Part shown: piece after piece, positions 50,501 to 59,301 of the stretch
Position numbering within the stretch: the first letter of the stretch is position 1
Layout: the number at the start of each line of letters is the position of its first letter
Assembly (NCBI GenBank): GCA_963667015.2
Contig: CAXXJJ010000001.1
Location: forward strand, 800,001-864,000
Length of the DNA: 64,000 nt
From: Desulfatiglandales bacterium
Lineage (GTDB): Bacteria; Desulfobacterota; DSM-4660; Desulfatiglandales; HGW-15
Reading direction: 5' to 3'
Notes under the pieces: generated by a model
The model's database searches: none
Seen by the model: the letters and a program-made list of their open reading frames with translations, nothing else
Told to the model about the DNA's origin: nothing
Program-made: the position numbers and the translations under genes

Positions 50501-51052
50501 ACCTGTACCTTTATTTGATGAGGTAATATGCTTATTGGCATCAATAATATAATTTAGAACCTGATCATCAGTAATTGTTTCTTCGGAGTTTAGCGCTCTC
50601 TCCAGTTCATTAAATATTTTTAGTTTAGCACCACGTTTCTGCAAACTGTTAAGGCAGTTATATAAAGATTTCAGTAAAGCAAAGCGGAGCGGTAATCGTG
50701 AACCTGTTACCAAAATTGGTATAAAGTTTAAATTATCTTTATTAATAATGGCTTTAAAATCTATCTTCTTTTTAATGGGCTGTGGTAAATCACCTATCTC
50801 GCCATTAAACCAGTGTGCCAAGAATAGCGCAAAACTCGATTTTCCACTCCCGTAATCCCCAGTAATACGCCATGCTCTTTGACTCGAGTTAGCATTTATC
50901 CCTTTTGTCAATCGTTTTAGGCAATCTAGAGAAAAATCACTTATAATGTAATCATTTAATGCACTAGGATCATTGAAATCACGCTCTAAATGCGTAGAAC
51001 GTAAATATCTATTTCCTATCTTAAAAAGATCTGAAACCTTAATATCTGGCAC
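47585..51052 (-). CDS. sspC: Large P-loop ATPase (SspC-like)
   Basis: RSTHLERD, ITGDYGSGKSSF, IIDELGKFLE, FPLHP, GQNERSLFSFL, PPYGLREG. Confidence 0.8.
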   Translation of the reverse strand: MPDIKVSDLFKIGNRYLRSTHLERDFNDPSALNDYIISDFSLDCLKRLTKGINANSSQRAWRITGDYGSGKSSFALFLAHWFNGEIGDLPQPIKKKIDFKAIINKDNLNFIPILVTGSRLPLRFALLKSLYNCLNSLQKRGAKLKIFNELERALNSEETITDDQVLNYIIDANKHITSSNKGTGLLIIIDELGKFLEYAAQHPEQQDVFLLQKLAEVASRSGKEPLFIIGILHQGFSSYADQLSHAGQREWEKVAARFDEVIFNQPIEQMASLISSALKVKSSKLTESHIKNINKEMETAIKLGWFGVAPAEKKLKENAKNLFPLHPSVVPVLIRIFNRFGQNERSLFSFLLSNEPFGLQEFAEKNFIRNDTFYQLHDLYDYVRFNFGYQLSAQNYRSHWNHIQSMIDSFATNSELELNILKTVGIINLINQNDLLATSKTVALSLNNSKYNSDDISNALEILHKKRHVLYHRGAAGGYCLWPHTSVDLDQAVEKAKKAISTSKSITRVIEDHIDPTPLVARRHYIQTGNLRHFDVFYCSVFDLSAIVKNIKGDNAIIIPLCETKAERSKALSFIKQATELHLKPNILIAVPPYLNVLSGLVYEAQKWQWVFRNISELAGDRFARSEVERQIDFTRSTLLKQINTFIGLRQFTGQMDLEWYQQGQLLNISTGRELLSKLSELCDNLYTEAPIIKNELINRSSLSSAAAAARMRLIERMINDPDKPFLGMDPNKKPPEMSAYLSILKQSNLHQLKDGIWSICLPIKEQDKCNFLPVFDKIKSILKDNNDNRVSVNHIILELQKPPYGLREGIIPILLAAYKIIFEHEIAFYENGTFARVMAGEEFLRLIKAPETFELQYCKIEGLRTDIFHKLTAALGLTDSKAHEPELLDIVQPLCVFVANLPLYVHNTKLLSKEALKVREAILSAQEPIKLLFYNLPKACGLEEFKTDTEFNADAVNKFVGILKDSINELKMSYQSFNERLKKQILDAFISSESLKMFRKNISDRAEIIAIKISEPKLKAFCLRLMDESLPEHEWVESIASYLVSKPPDKWKDDDEIQFNQRLIEYVSRFFRIESVLFSEEGNISNSIGMRLSLTRSDGNEKENVFYLGESESYKAEELQKEISMIIKKHKQIGFAAAFKALWENIPKDNKEVE

Positions 51053-51068
51053 AGTAATAAATCTCCAT

Positions 51069-51980
51069 TTAATATATTTGCTCTAATAATTGGATTAAGT
51101 TTAAATCGTTATTTTTTCTAACTTGCTGAATATTTGAAGATTCAATATAAGACAAGTAACCATCTGTCAGTTCAGCTAATCCTTCGAGGCGATGCCTTAT
51201 ATCAGTTTCAGGAAGCTTAAAAACTTGGCCAGGACTATTATGGCCATGGGCTATTTCACGAAAAGCTATAGTTGACTCATGAGGATATTCTCTTGTTATA
51301 AAATCATATAGGCAAAATAAAAACAATTCCTCTGATATTTCGGTTTTTTCTTCTCTTCTGAATTTATAGGCTGGTTCAAGTTTTCCGGTATCATCTATGC
51401 TTTCTCTCGAACCACTTTTCTGTAGCAGTTCTATTTCTGTTAGTGGACTATCCAAATTTTCTTCTTTTATTTCACCCTTATTACCTCGTGTTGGAAAATA
51501 TGTATGAATAAATACACTTAAATGATCTCTGAGTGTAGTTTCTGAAGGTTTTGGATCGGCATTTTCCAAATGCTCTAAAATAGCCTTTAATACAAAGGAT
51601 GGTGAAATTTCAGGTTCATGCCACCGATTTAATAAAAAATCCCAGGCCAAAAGGGGTGAAGAATTAACAACCGAAAGATTCCAATGTAAGAGCCATAAAG
51701 TCTTTATGTCTTCAAGATAAGGATCAAGACCATCTTCATTAAATAATGTTTTTCCAAAATCCGTAGCAACGTAACCATTTGTACCATTTTTTTCGATAAC
51801 ACCAGTAGAAGTAGCCCAGAACTTAATTGACCTGACCATATTTTTTCCAACACCCATTTCTACTATTGCCTGGTCCTCATCAGAAAAAATACATGGATTT
51901 ATATTAAGCGCAACAATCGCCTTGGGTAACCAAGGATACCGTAATGAAAATTTTTCATGGCCGGAAATGGTGTATTTCAT
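51069..51980 (-). CDS. sspB: DUF4007 protein (SspB-like)
   Basis: SGHEKFSLRYPWLPK, MGVGKNMVRSIKFW, DPYLED..TLWLLHW, SPGQVFKL. Confidence 0.85.
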   Translation of the reverse strand: MKYTISGHEKFSLRYPWLPKAIVALNINPCIFSDEDQAIVEMGVGKNMVRSIKFWATSTGVIEKNGTNGYVATDFGKTLFNEDGLDPYLEDIKTLWLLHWNLSVVNSSPLLAWDFLLNRWHEPEISPSFVLKAILEHLENADPKPSETTLRDHLSVFIHTYFPTRGNKGEIKEENLDSPLTEIELLQKSGSRESIDDTGKLEPAYKFRREEKTEISEELFLFCLYDFITREYPHESTIAFREIAHGHNSPGQVFKLPETDIRHRLEGLAELTDGYLSYIESSNIQQVRKNNDLNLIQLLEQIY

Positions 51981-52239
51981 TTAAAACTCACATTGTGATT
52001 TCGAATTAATGATTGCTTGTTTTTGCATTAAAGATTGCCTTATCTAGATGAGATGATAACTTGCTCAGATATTAAAATATTTCACTTTAAAAATCCACAT
52101 CATATTGTGTATTTAAGGTATTAATAGTCATAAATATTGTATTTAGACAATTCCAAGGCCATATCTCAGATTTTTCTAGTTTAATCGGTTTATTATTGGT
52201 TAATTTATTTTATTATTCCTTTTAATTTAAATTAAATAT

Positions 52240-53217
52240 TTATAATCCAAACCTATCAAACACCTCTTTTTTATGCCATTCAATTGCTTCTGGATGAGGG
52301 TAATAATTTTCATCTTCTGGTAGATTTATTTGCATACCATTCATATCTAATATTGGGAACTTATTTGTGTTGGCGTTTTTGGCTTTTGGGTGAACGATAA
52401 TTTCGTATTGATCCGAGATAGTGAACATCCCTACATCAAAAGCCCAATGAGCAGTTCTTGAAAGAGTGATTCCATTCCTGGGATCATCTGATCCATTCTT
52501 GCTTTTTGATATTATATGTGCCGCCTGTGCTTCTGTGAGATTTTCGGAATGATACTTAACTCCAGTCACAGCACATTTATAGCCATATTGTTCCAGAACT
52601 ACCCTTGTAAAGGCTTGGTCTCGCTTTTCTTTTGCTACTTTATATATTGCTTTATCTTCTGCAATGAATGGGCTGAATGTGTCTAACGAGGATTCTCTTA
52701 AGGCTGTTTCATAAAGCAATTCATTATTAACGCCATTGCTGACCATCTCCATAGTTTTAAAATCAACATGGCAAATATTAAAAACATTCATTTCCGGGTC
52801 ATAATCCTCAATCAGTCCCAAACCCATTAAGCGGTATCTTGTCCCTTGCTTACTGGTCTTATCTGAAACTTGCTCCAGAACAATGATTGGTTCTTTGTCT
52901 GTCATGCAGTTGAACAAGCTGGTATTTACTGCACTATCCAGAGCACCTTTTTTGGGAGAATATTTTATTCGCCATCTACCATCAGGTAGCGGAGTTATCT
53001 TGTCTGCATATGGGTTGGTTTTCATGCTGGCAATACTTAGTGCATGTTCACTCCATGCTGGTTTAAAAATGCCTTCAATAAGGGGATGAATTCTTTCTAT
53101 GGAAGGGATGTAAAGTGAGGTCTTACGAAGAAACTCCGGCGTAACGAGTTTTCCATAGTATGGAAGCAGGTCACGAAAAATACTCCAGCGTTGCTTTAGG
53201 AGCGGTATGTGGTTCAT
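52240..53217 (-). CDS. HNH endonuclease with N-terminal SRA/PUA-like domain
   Basis: CAVTG...AAHII...DDPRNGITLSRTAHWAFD; N-terminal GIFKPAWSEHALSI...NPYAD. Confidence 0.8.
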   Translation of the reverse strand: MNHIPLLKQRWSIFRDLLPYYGKLVTPEFLRKTSLYIPSIERIHPLIEGIFKPAWSEHALSIASMKTNPYADKITPLPDGRWRIKYSPKKGALDSAVNTSLFNCMTDKEPIIVLEQVSDKTSKQGTRYRLMGLGLIEDYDPEMNVFNICHVDFKTMEMVSNGVNNELLYETALRESSLDTFSPFIAEDKAIYKVAKEKRDQAFTRVVLEQYGYKCAVTGVKYHSENLTEAQAAHIISKSKNGSDDPRNGITLSRTAHWAFDVGMFTISDQYEIIVHPKAKNANTNKFPILDMNGMQINLPEDENYYPHPEAIEWHKKEVFDRFGL

Positions 53218-53378
53218 CGTTTATGGTTCCTGGTTTATCTTTAGAAAACAAATTCAATATTCAAAATTCAAGAATCAAGGTTTTGAAAACAGGCGCTGGT
53301 TTCAAGTCCTATAGAATCCTCACACCCTTCTTTTTAACCTTTTTCCCAATTTTCTCGATCGCCCCATACAGATTTTAC

Positions 53379-53546
53379 GGGTTGGCCAAGTTAACTAATT
53401 GGAATTAAATAATATACTCTTAAAATACCCCTTTAATTTAAGCCTATATGTACGTTTTTAGGGGCAAAAATCTCGATATAGAGCCTGAAAACACCTGTTT
53501 TAAGGATGCTATTCAATAGAAATAAATAGGTTGTTTTGACCAACCC
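53379..53546. mobile_element. Small IS-derived element (MITE-like) truncating the DUF1016 gene
   Basis: Terminal inverted repeats GGGTTGGCCAA / TTGACCAACCC; the junction falls right after LSWS of the DUF1016 frame. Confidence 0.5.
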
Positions 53547-53973
53547 TTGACCAGCTCAGACGAGTAAACAGATTATATTGCAGTTCATTATCAAATTCGG
53601 CACTCACTGAGTGCCATTTTTCGTTGCTGATTCCGGCACTCTGTGGGTGCCATAAGTTTTCAAAAGGAAATGTAAGGTAGAATTGCCGAATTTCCCGAAT
53701 TCGTCTTTCATCAAGACCTTTATCAAAATCTTTACTGAGTTCTTCTGCAATTCGTTTAAGAATCTGTTTGCCGTATTCCGCACGAAAATTTCCGTTTTGT
53801 TCTTCAACAACAATTCGTCTTCCAACAAGCCAGTATGCCCGAACCATGATGAAGTTTACTGCTGAATAGGCCTGTATCCTTGCCTGAGAAAGAATTTCCC
53901 TGATGTCGTTAACAACACTGCTTTCTATAAAATCTGTTTCGCTTAACTTATTATTTTCAGATTTTGATTTCAT
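53547..53973 (-). pseudogene. DUF1016 (YhcG-like) N-terminal fragment
   Basis: AYSAVNFIMVRAYWLVGRRIVVEEQNG..RAEYG...RQFYLTF...LSWS; nuclease half missing. Confidence 0.8.
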
Positions 53974-54099
53974 AGCCCAACTCACTAAAAACTTTCAAAA
54001 GTTCTTTTTTGATGTCTCTTCTTCTTTCAGCAACGCCTCAACAACTTCTTTGATTCTACCAATTATCACATTTTCCAATGTTAAATAGTTTTTATAAAT

Positions 54100-54828
54100 T
54101 TATTTCCGCACATCCTTAAGATACATAGCCTTGCCATCTTTTCTCATCTCAATATCAAACAGTTCACTTACTTTTATTAAATCACTGGGCTTTTTATAGC
54201 CGTAGTTAATAGATGAAAAAGAGCTGTTGTTTGATATGTAATTGGCGACCTTGCTCATATCCGCCCAGCCGTCATCATCGGATGTCTGTTCAACCGCGGT
54301 TCTGAGCAGCCGGACCAGGGAAGTGTCCTGCCGCAGTTCTTTCTTACTTTTCTTTACCGGATTTTGAGGGGTGTCTGTTTTGTGCTCATCTTCAGAAACA
54401 AGATTTTCTGTGTAAATAAACGGTGAACAGGCATCGACAAACGCTTTTGGTGTTTTCTTTTCGCCAAACCCATAAACCGGCAGTCCGCTTTCAAGTATTC
54501 TCATTACCAGGGGAGTGAAGTCACTGTCACTTGTCATTAATGCAAAGGCATCAACATTTTTACTGTACAGCAAATCCATGGCGTCGATAATCATCGCAGA
54601 ATCTGTGGCATTTTTTCCTTTTGTATAAGCAAACTGCTGCATGGGCCGAATAGCATTGGGCTGCAGCTTTTCTATCCAGCCGGATAAGGATTGATTATTC
54701 CAGTCTCCGTGTGCATGCCGGACATTTACCGTGCCGTATTTAGCCAGTTCTTCTAAAACCCCTTCTATTGAAGTATGACTGACATTGTCGCAGTCAATGA
54801 GAAGGGCTATTCGTTTTCTTTCTGCCAC
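54100..54828 (-). CDS. NYN (LabA/DUF88) domain protein with OST-HTH/LOTUS
   Basis: IALLIDCDNV, GKNATDSAMIIDAMD, SDSDFTPL; DDDGWA...NYGYKK. Confidence 0.9.
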   Translation of the reverse strand: MAERKRIALLIDCDNVSHTSIEGVLEELAKYGTVNVRHAHGDWNNQSLSGWIEKLQPNAIRPMQQFAYTKGKNATDSAMIIDAMDLLYSKNVDAFALMTSDSDFTPLVMRILESGLPVYGFGEKKTPKAFVDACSPFIYTENLVSEDEHKTDTPQNPVKKSKKELRQDTSLVRLLRTAVEQTSDDDGWADMSKVANYISNNSSFSSINYGYKKPSDLIKVSELFDIEMRKDGKAMYLKDVRK

Positions 54829-55492
54829 TATAGTCTCCTGGATTTATGACTTTTAATAAAAAATATTAGGGATGGGTTCGGTTAAATAAACAAAAATGTC
54901 TAACTGGATTCACCACGTTAAAACAATGCTCTGTTCCAATCTTACCTTCGGTTTTTAACAGGGTGAACCATGTTAAATAAAATTTTTTACCTTCAAATTT
55001 CACCTTCAGTATTTAACTCGGCAAACTTGATCAATTTTTATATTTTATCAGCTATATGTAATCATATTGGTGGAAATTTTCTCTCTTTGTGGAGTTTTTA
55101 GCAAACTCTTTTTGTAAAGGCAAGAGAGTAAAACAGCAGAGCGCAGAGAGCAGAGTGCATAGAGTGAAAGCAGGGAAATGGGTAAAATCCAGAAGTCAGA
55201 GATCTGAGGTCGGAGGGCAGGAAAAGATCGAGATCGGATGTCAGTGGTCAGAGGTCGGGGGAAAATAGGCTGAAGCAGTTTAGGCTGTAGACTGATGGGG
55301 AAAGCAATAAAAACCAGAGATCTGAGGTCGGAGGTCGGATATCAGGGAAAGGCAGCTTCAATTCTCTACATCCGCAGGATGTTATGGACCTAGGATATTG
55401 CTCACGCCCTTTCATTTGTTTGACTTAGTATTTTTTTCCTATATAATTAAAGAAATTGTTAAGTAAAAAAGCCAAATAGAGAGTAATTATCC

Positions 55493-55810
55493 ATGCCCGA
55501 CTGTAAAATAAAATTGCCGCAGGACAAGATTAAGGCATTTTGTAAAAAATATCAGATTATTGAATTTTCACTTTTTGGTTCTGTGCTTACAGATCAATTC
55601 AACTATGATAGTGATGTTGACATACTTGTGAGCTTTGATGAAAATGCTAAACATACTCTCTTTGATCTGGCCAGAATGAAAAATGAACTCGAACAATTGC
55701 TGGGTTATGAAGTGGATCTTGTCAGTAGACGGGGTATTGAAACCAGCAGAAACCTTATCCGCAAAAACGCTATCCTTAACTCAGCCGAGCCGATATATGC
55801 TGCGGGATAA
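55493..55810 (+). CDS. mntA: Minimal nucleotidyltransferase antitoxin
   Basis: SLFGSVLTDQFNYDSDVDILV, VDLVSRRGIE. Confidence 0.88.
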   Translation: MPDCKIKLPQDKIKAFCKKYQIIEFSLFGSVLTDQFNYDSDVDILVSFDENAKHTLFDLARMKNELEQLLGYEVDLVSRRGIETSRNLIRKNAILNSAEPIYAAG

Positions 55811-56306
55811 AGAATATCTAACTGGTGCCCATCCATAAACTATATTTTAGGCACTACTTGGTTTCCAATTCATAAACGAGATATTTTTTACAAGATCAAG
55901 GAAATCAAGGAATGGCGCGGAGATGTACTTTAGTACATCGCACAAGTCATTCCGCAGATTGACGCAGAAATTGTGAAAAAAAGCCGTTTATGGATGGAAA
56001 CTAACTGATATCCTTGAATCATGTAAGCTCATCGTATCCCATACATCCAATATTGCGAAAAATGAATTTCTTGATGATGTAAAATGTCAGGATGCTGTTA
56101 TACGCAGATTTGAAATTATAGGTGAAGCCGCACGACGAATATCTGATGAAATGAAGTCTAAATATCCCGAAATACCATGGTTAGAAATGACCGGTATGAG
56201 AAATGCTATGATACATGAGTATGACGATGTTGATATGGTAATTGTCTGGGAGACAGTGAAAAGTGATATTCCCGCGCTGGTAACTGCTATAAATAAAATA
56301 ATCTGA
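55797..56306 (+). pseudogene. hepT: HEPN/DUF86 toxin interrupted by a 183-bp insertion
   Basis: MLRDKEYLT + DILESCK...AVIRRFEIIGEA...IPW..MTGMRNAMIHEYD; Rx4H motif present. Confidence 0.88.
55818..56007. mobile_element. MITE inserted in hepT
   Basis: CTAACTG repeated at both junctions; inverted CCATCCATAAAC / GTTTATGGATGG. Confidence 0.8.
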
Positions 56307-56548
56307 TTAAAAAACTTCTATCTTTCAAAAACAATATTCCTTTTCATAACCCTGACTAAAATCAATTCCTATTAGCTCTTTCTGCCATATGATTTATCTG
56401 TAAACGCGAAACGCGTCCGCCTTCGTAAAAGACATTCATACTTCGGTCTTCGCTATGAAGCTTCCGTCTTCGCCAAGGCTACGCGGGGACAAGACGCCCC
56501 GACAAGATGGCGGAGGGCAGGAATAAAAAAGCAGACTGAAGCAGTTCA

Positions 56549-56594
56549 CCCTGTTAAATGCTGCCTCGCAGCCCGCCTTGCGGATTTAACAGGG
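56549..56594. repeat. 46-bp branched palindrome (also 58401..58446, 59427..59472)
   Basis: CCCTGTTAAAT-GCTGCCTCGCAGC-CCGCCTTGCGG-ATTTAACAGGG; three near-identical copies. Confidence 0.85.
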
Positions 56595-56658
56595 TAAAGG
56601 CTGCCGTCGTCGCCAGGGCTATGCCGTGCCACGGTAGGCTGTTAGGGATAAATTCAAA

Positions 56659-56687
56659 TTGACTTCTTGTAGCCATGTGGCTACACT
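56659..56687 (+). promoter_or_regulatory. TA promoter with palindromic operator
   Basis: TTGACT-17-TACACT overlapping TGTAGCCA-TG-TGGCTACA. Confidence 0.65.
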
Positions 56688-56693
56688 ATTATC

Positions 56694-56780
56694 ATGATCG
56701 AAATTCGGAAAACAGACACATTCGCAAAGTGGATTGATGGGCTGAAAGATATTCGTGCTCGTGCCCGCATACTTGCTTGA
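56694..56780 (+). pseudogene. Truncated addiction-module killer (RelE-like) toxin
   Basis: MIEIRKTDTFAKWIDGLKDIRARARILA*, only 28 aa before the antidote RBS. Confidence 0.8.
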
Positions 56781-56797
56781 TAGTATAGGAGTTTATC

Positions 56798-57232
56798 ATG
56801 GCTAAAACAAAAACCACTAAATATGATGTTGCTGAACATCTTCGTACGCCTGAAGAAATGGCGGCCTATCTTGAAGCATGTATTGAAGATGCAGATGGAG
56901 ATGCCGCATTTATTGCTAAAGCACTGGGAGATATTGCACGTGCCAAAGGCATGACACAGGTTGCGCGTGGTTCAGGTCTTTCCCGTGAAAGTCTTTATAA
57001 GGCCCTCTCCGGTGAACGGAGCCCGGGTTTTGATACGATTCTTAAAGTAATCAGTGCACTTGGTCTGAAACTACATGCAGAAGCAGCCCACATACCAACC
57101 CCTGAATGGCATGCAAACACATTGGAATCAGGGGAACTGGAAATCAGGGAAGAGGGGAAAAGCCAGTGGTCGGAGGGCAGAGGGCAGAGGGCAGAAGTCA
57201 GGGAAAAGATAGAGGTCGGAGGTCAGGAATAA
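56798..57232 (+). CDS. Addiction-module antidote (HTH) with aberrant C-terminal extension
   Basis: YDVAEHLRTPEEMAAYL...ALGDIARAKGMTQVA...SRESLYKALSG. Confidence 0.85.
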   Translation: MAKTKTTKYDVAEHLRTPEEMAAYLEACIEDADGDAAFIAKALGDIARAKGMTQVARGSGLSRESLYKALSGERSPGFDTILKVISALGLKLHAEAAHIPTPEWHANTLESGELEIREEGKSQWSEGRGQRAEVREKIEVGGQE

Positions 57233-57490
57233 AAGCAGGCTGAAGCAGTTTAGGCTATAGGCTGTTAGGGAAAACGACAAACAAGCAGTCATAGATCAGA
57301 TGTTTTACCGAAAATAGCTCAAGGCTAAAATCAGTAATTTAATACTGAGTTCAGAGGGAAGAAATCAGAGGGCGGAGAGCAGTGCGGGACGGGTAAAAAT
57401 TTTTATTTTTATACTAAATTTGCCGATATTCAGAAATAAGAATAGCAAACACCTACAATCGCATAACATTTAAAGCTTTCAGGAGAAACT

Positions 57491-58324
57491 GTGCCTTTAG
57501 ACGACCTGGTTAATGAAGTATACAGAAAAATCGGCAGAAACGTGGTGCTTTTCCAGGTGCTGGAGTCTTATTTAAAGTACATTGTAGCGAATGGTTCTAT
57601 TTCCGGTTATGCAAGTGAAATAAAAGCAAAGCAGGCTGAGCATATATCCTGTGTTAAGAAAAAAACTATGGGGACACTGGTTGGAAAGTATGTTGAGCAT
57701 ATCGATCCGGATTATGAAAAACCTCCTGAACCTGAAGTACTCACCGAGCCCCATTTTTCAATCAATTTTCGTTTAGAACCTGACCAAAGTTTTTACGAAA
57801 CTAAAAAACAGGACCTGGCTGAGCTGGTCGATGAAAGAAACGAGTTGGTACATAACCTGCTTCCGGAATTTAATAAAAACTCTGAAGAAAGCTGCAGGAT
57901 GCTTGAAGAGAAACTGGATAGGCAGTGTGAAAAGATACGTTCAGAGATAGGCCAGATTGAACCTGTTGCCAGAACTATTAAAGAGACAAGAAAGAAAATG
58001 GCTGATTTCTTTAACTCCGAGGAGGGTGAAAAACAGTTCTATTTATTATACTTGAAATCAAACTCAATAGTCTTTTTACTTGCGGATATTACAACCCGGA
58101 CTAATCGTACAGACGGGTGGACCTCAATGTCATGGGCAGCTAATCTTATACAAAAGGAAGCACCTGAAGAATATTCAGCTATAAAGAAAGATTATGGATT
58201 AAAGAGTCTTATGCTCGCGACGGGGTTATTTGATATTTGTGAAGAAAAGACTGAGAATGGCGGGAGCAGGATTTTGTACAGGTTGAATGAAAACTGTGAA
58301 ATCAGGGACCAGTCGGCTTCGTAA
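57491..58324 (+). CDS. Hypothetical protein with probable C-terminal OST-HTH
   Basis: AGGAG RBS, GTG start; RNELVH motif; RTDGWT...YGLKSL. Confidence 0.65.
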   Translation: MPLDDLVNEVYRKIGRNVVLFQVLESYLKYIVANGSISGYASEIKAKQAEHISCVKKKTMGTLVGKYVEHIDPDYEKPPEPEVLTEPHFSINFRLEPDQSFYETKKQDLAELVDERNELVHNLLPEFNKNSEESCRMLEEKLDRQCEKIRSEIGQIEPVARTIKETRKKMADFFNSEEGEKQFYLLYLKSNSIVFLLADITTRTNRTDGWTSMSWAANLIQKEAPEEYSAIKKDYGLKSLMLATGLFDICEEKTENGGSRILYRLNENCEIRDQSAS

Positions 58325-58674
58325 AAAAGGGCAAAAGATTTTTTGCCTCTACAACGCCGTGCCAGGGAGATCAGTGATAAAAGCAGGCTGAAGCAGTTCA
58401 CCCTGTTAAATGCTGCCTCGTAGCCCGCCTTGCGGATTTAACAGGGTAAAGGCTGTAGACTGTTAGGAAAAGAAGGGGAAAACCAGAAGTCGGAAGTCTT
58501 ACCGAAAATGGCTCAAGGCTAAAATAGGTAATTGAATACTGAGTTCAGAGGGCAGTCGGCATCATGTTTTACGCAGTGCCAGGGAAGCTTTTTTAGCTTT
58601 TAAATTTCCTATTTGAATATATCTTCTGTAATATCCTCCTGAGTCTGCTGCATTGCGTCTCCAGTTTACCTGGA

Positions 58675-58703
58675 TTGACATCTGTAAACAAATTGTTTAT
58701 AGT
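58675..58703 (+). promoter_or_regulatory. higBA promoter with palindromic operator
   Basis: TTGACA-17-TATAGT overlapping TAAACAA-A-TTGTTTA. Confidence 0.7.
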
Positions 58704-58710
58704 GTCTGTT

Positions 58711-58992
58711 ATGATCAAAACATTTGTGGATACTGAAACGGAAAGGTTTTATGCTACTGGAAAATCCAAACGATTTCCCCCGGATATTCAGAAACGGGCA
58801 GCAATGCGTCTGAATCAGCTTGATGCAGCAACCGCTCCAGACGACCTTCGTATGCCTCCATCAAATCATCTGGAATTATTAAAAGGTGATAGAAAAGGCA
58901 GATACAGTATCCGTATTAACGATCAATGGCGACTCTGTTTTCAGTTTGAAAACGGCAGCGCCTGTGATGTCGAAATTATAGATTATCATTAA
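58711..58992 (+). CDS. higB: HigB/RelE-family toxin
   Basis: MIKTFVD...DLRMPPSNHLELLKGDRKGRYSIRINDQWRLCF...VEIIDYH. Confidence 0.92.
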   Translation: MIKTFVDTETERFYATGKSKRFPPDIQKRAAMRLNQLDAATAPDDLRMPPSNHLELLKGDRKGRYSIRINDQWRLCFQFENGSACDVEIIDYH

Positions 58993-59004
58993 GGAGTTTT
59001 CATC

Positions 59005-59301
59005 ATGGTTCAAAAAGGTTTACCCCCGATTCATCCGGGCGAATATTTAAAAGAGATCCTTGAGGAATTAGGGATTTCACAGGCGGATTTTTCACGCAGT
59101 ACCGGACTTTCAACTATGAGAGTTTCTCATGTTATTCATGGAAAACGGCCCGTTACAGCTGAAATGGCCTTGATCTTAGGTAAGGCTTTCGGTCAGACAC
59201 CACAATACTGGCTTAATCTGCAATCTGCATATGATCTTAAAACTGCTGAAATGTCTATTGGATCCAGACTTACGAAGGTTCAATCGTTTGCTCATGCTTA
59301 G
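59005..59301 (+). CDS. higA: HigA antitoxin
   Basis: PIHPGEYLKE...VTAEMALILGKAFGQTPQYWLNLQSAYDL. Confidence 0.92.
   Translation: MVQKGLPPIHPGEYLKEILEELGISQADFSRSTGLSTMRVSHVIHGKRPVTAEMALILGKAFGQTPQYWLNLQSAYDLKTAEMSIGSRLTKVQSFAHA

Noticed and set aside
46779..51980. BREX type 4 or Dnd assignment; sulfate-assimilation cysH
   Set aside because: No pglZ/brxL or dndB/D/E recognisable; separate DUF4007, ATPase and PAPS-like genes fit sspBCD; no cys genes nearby.
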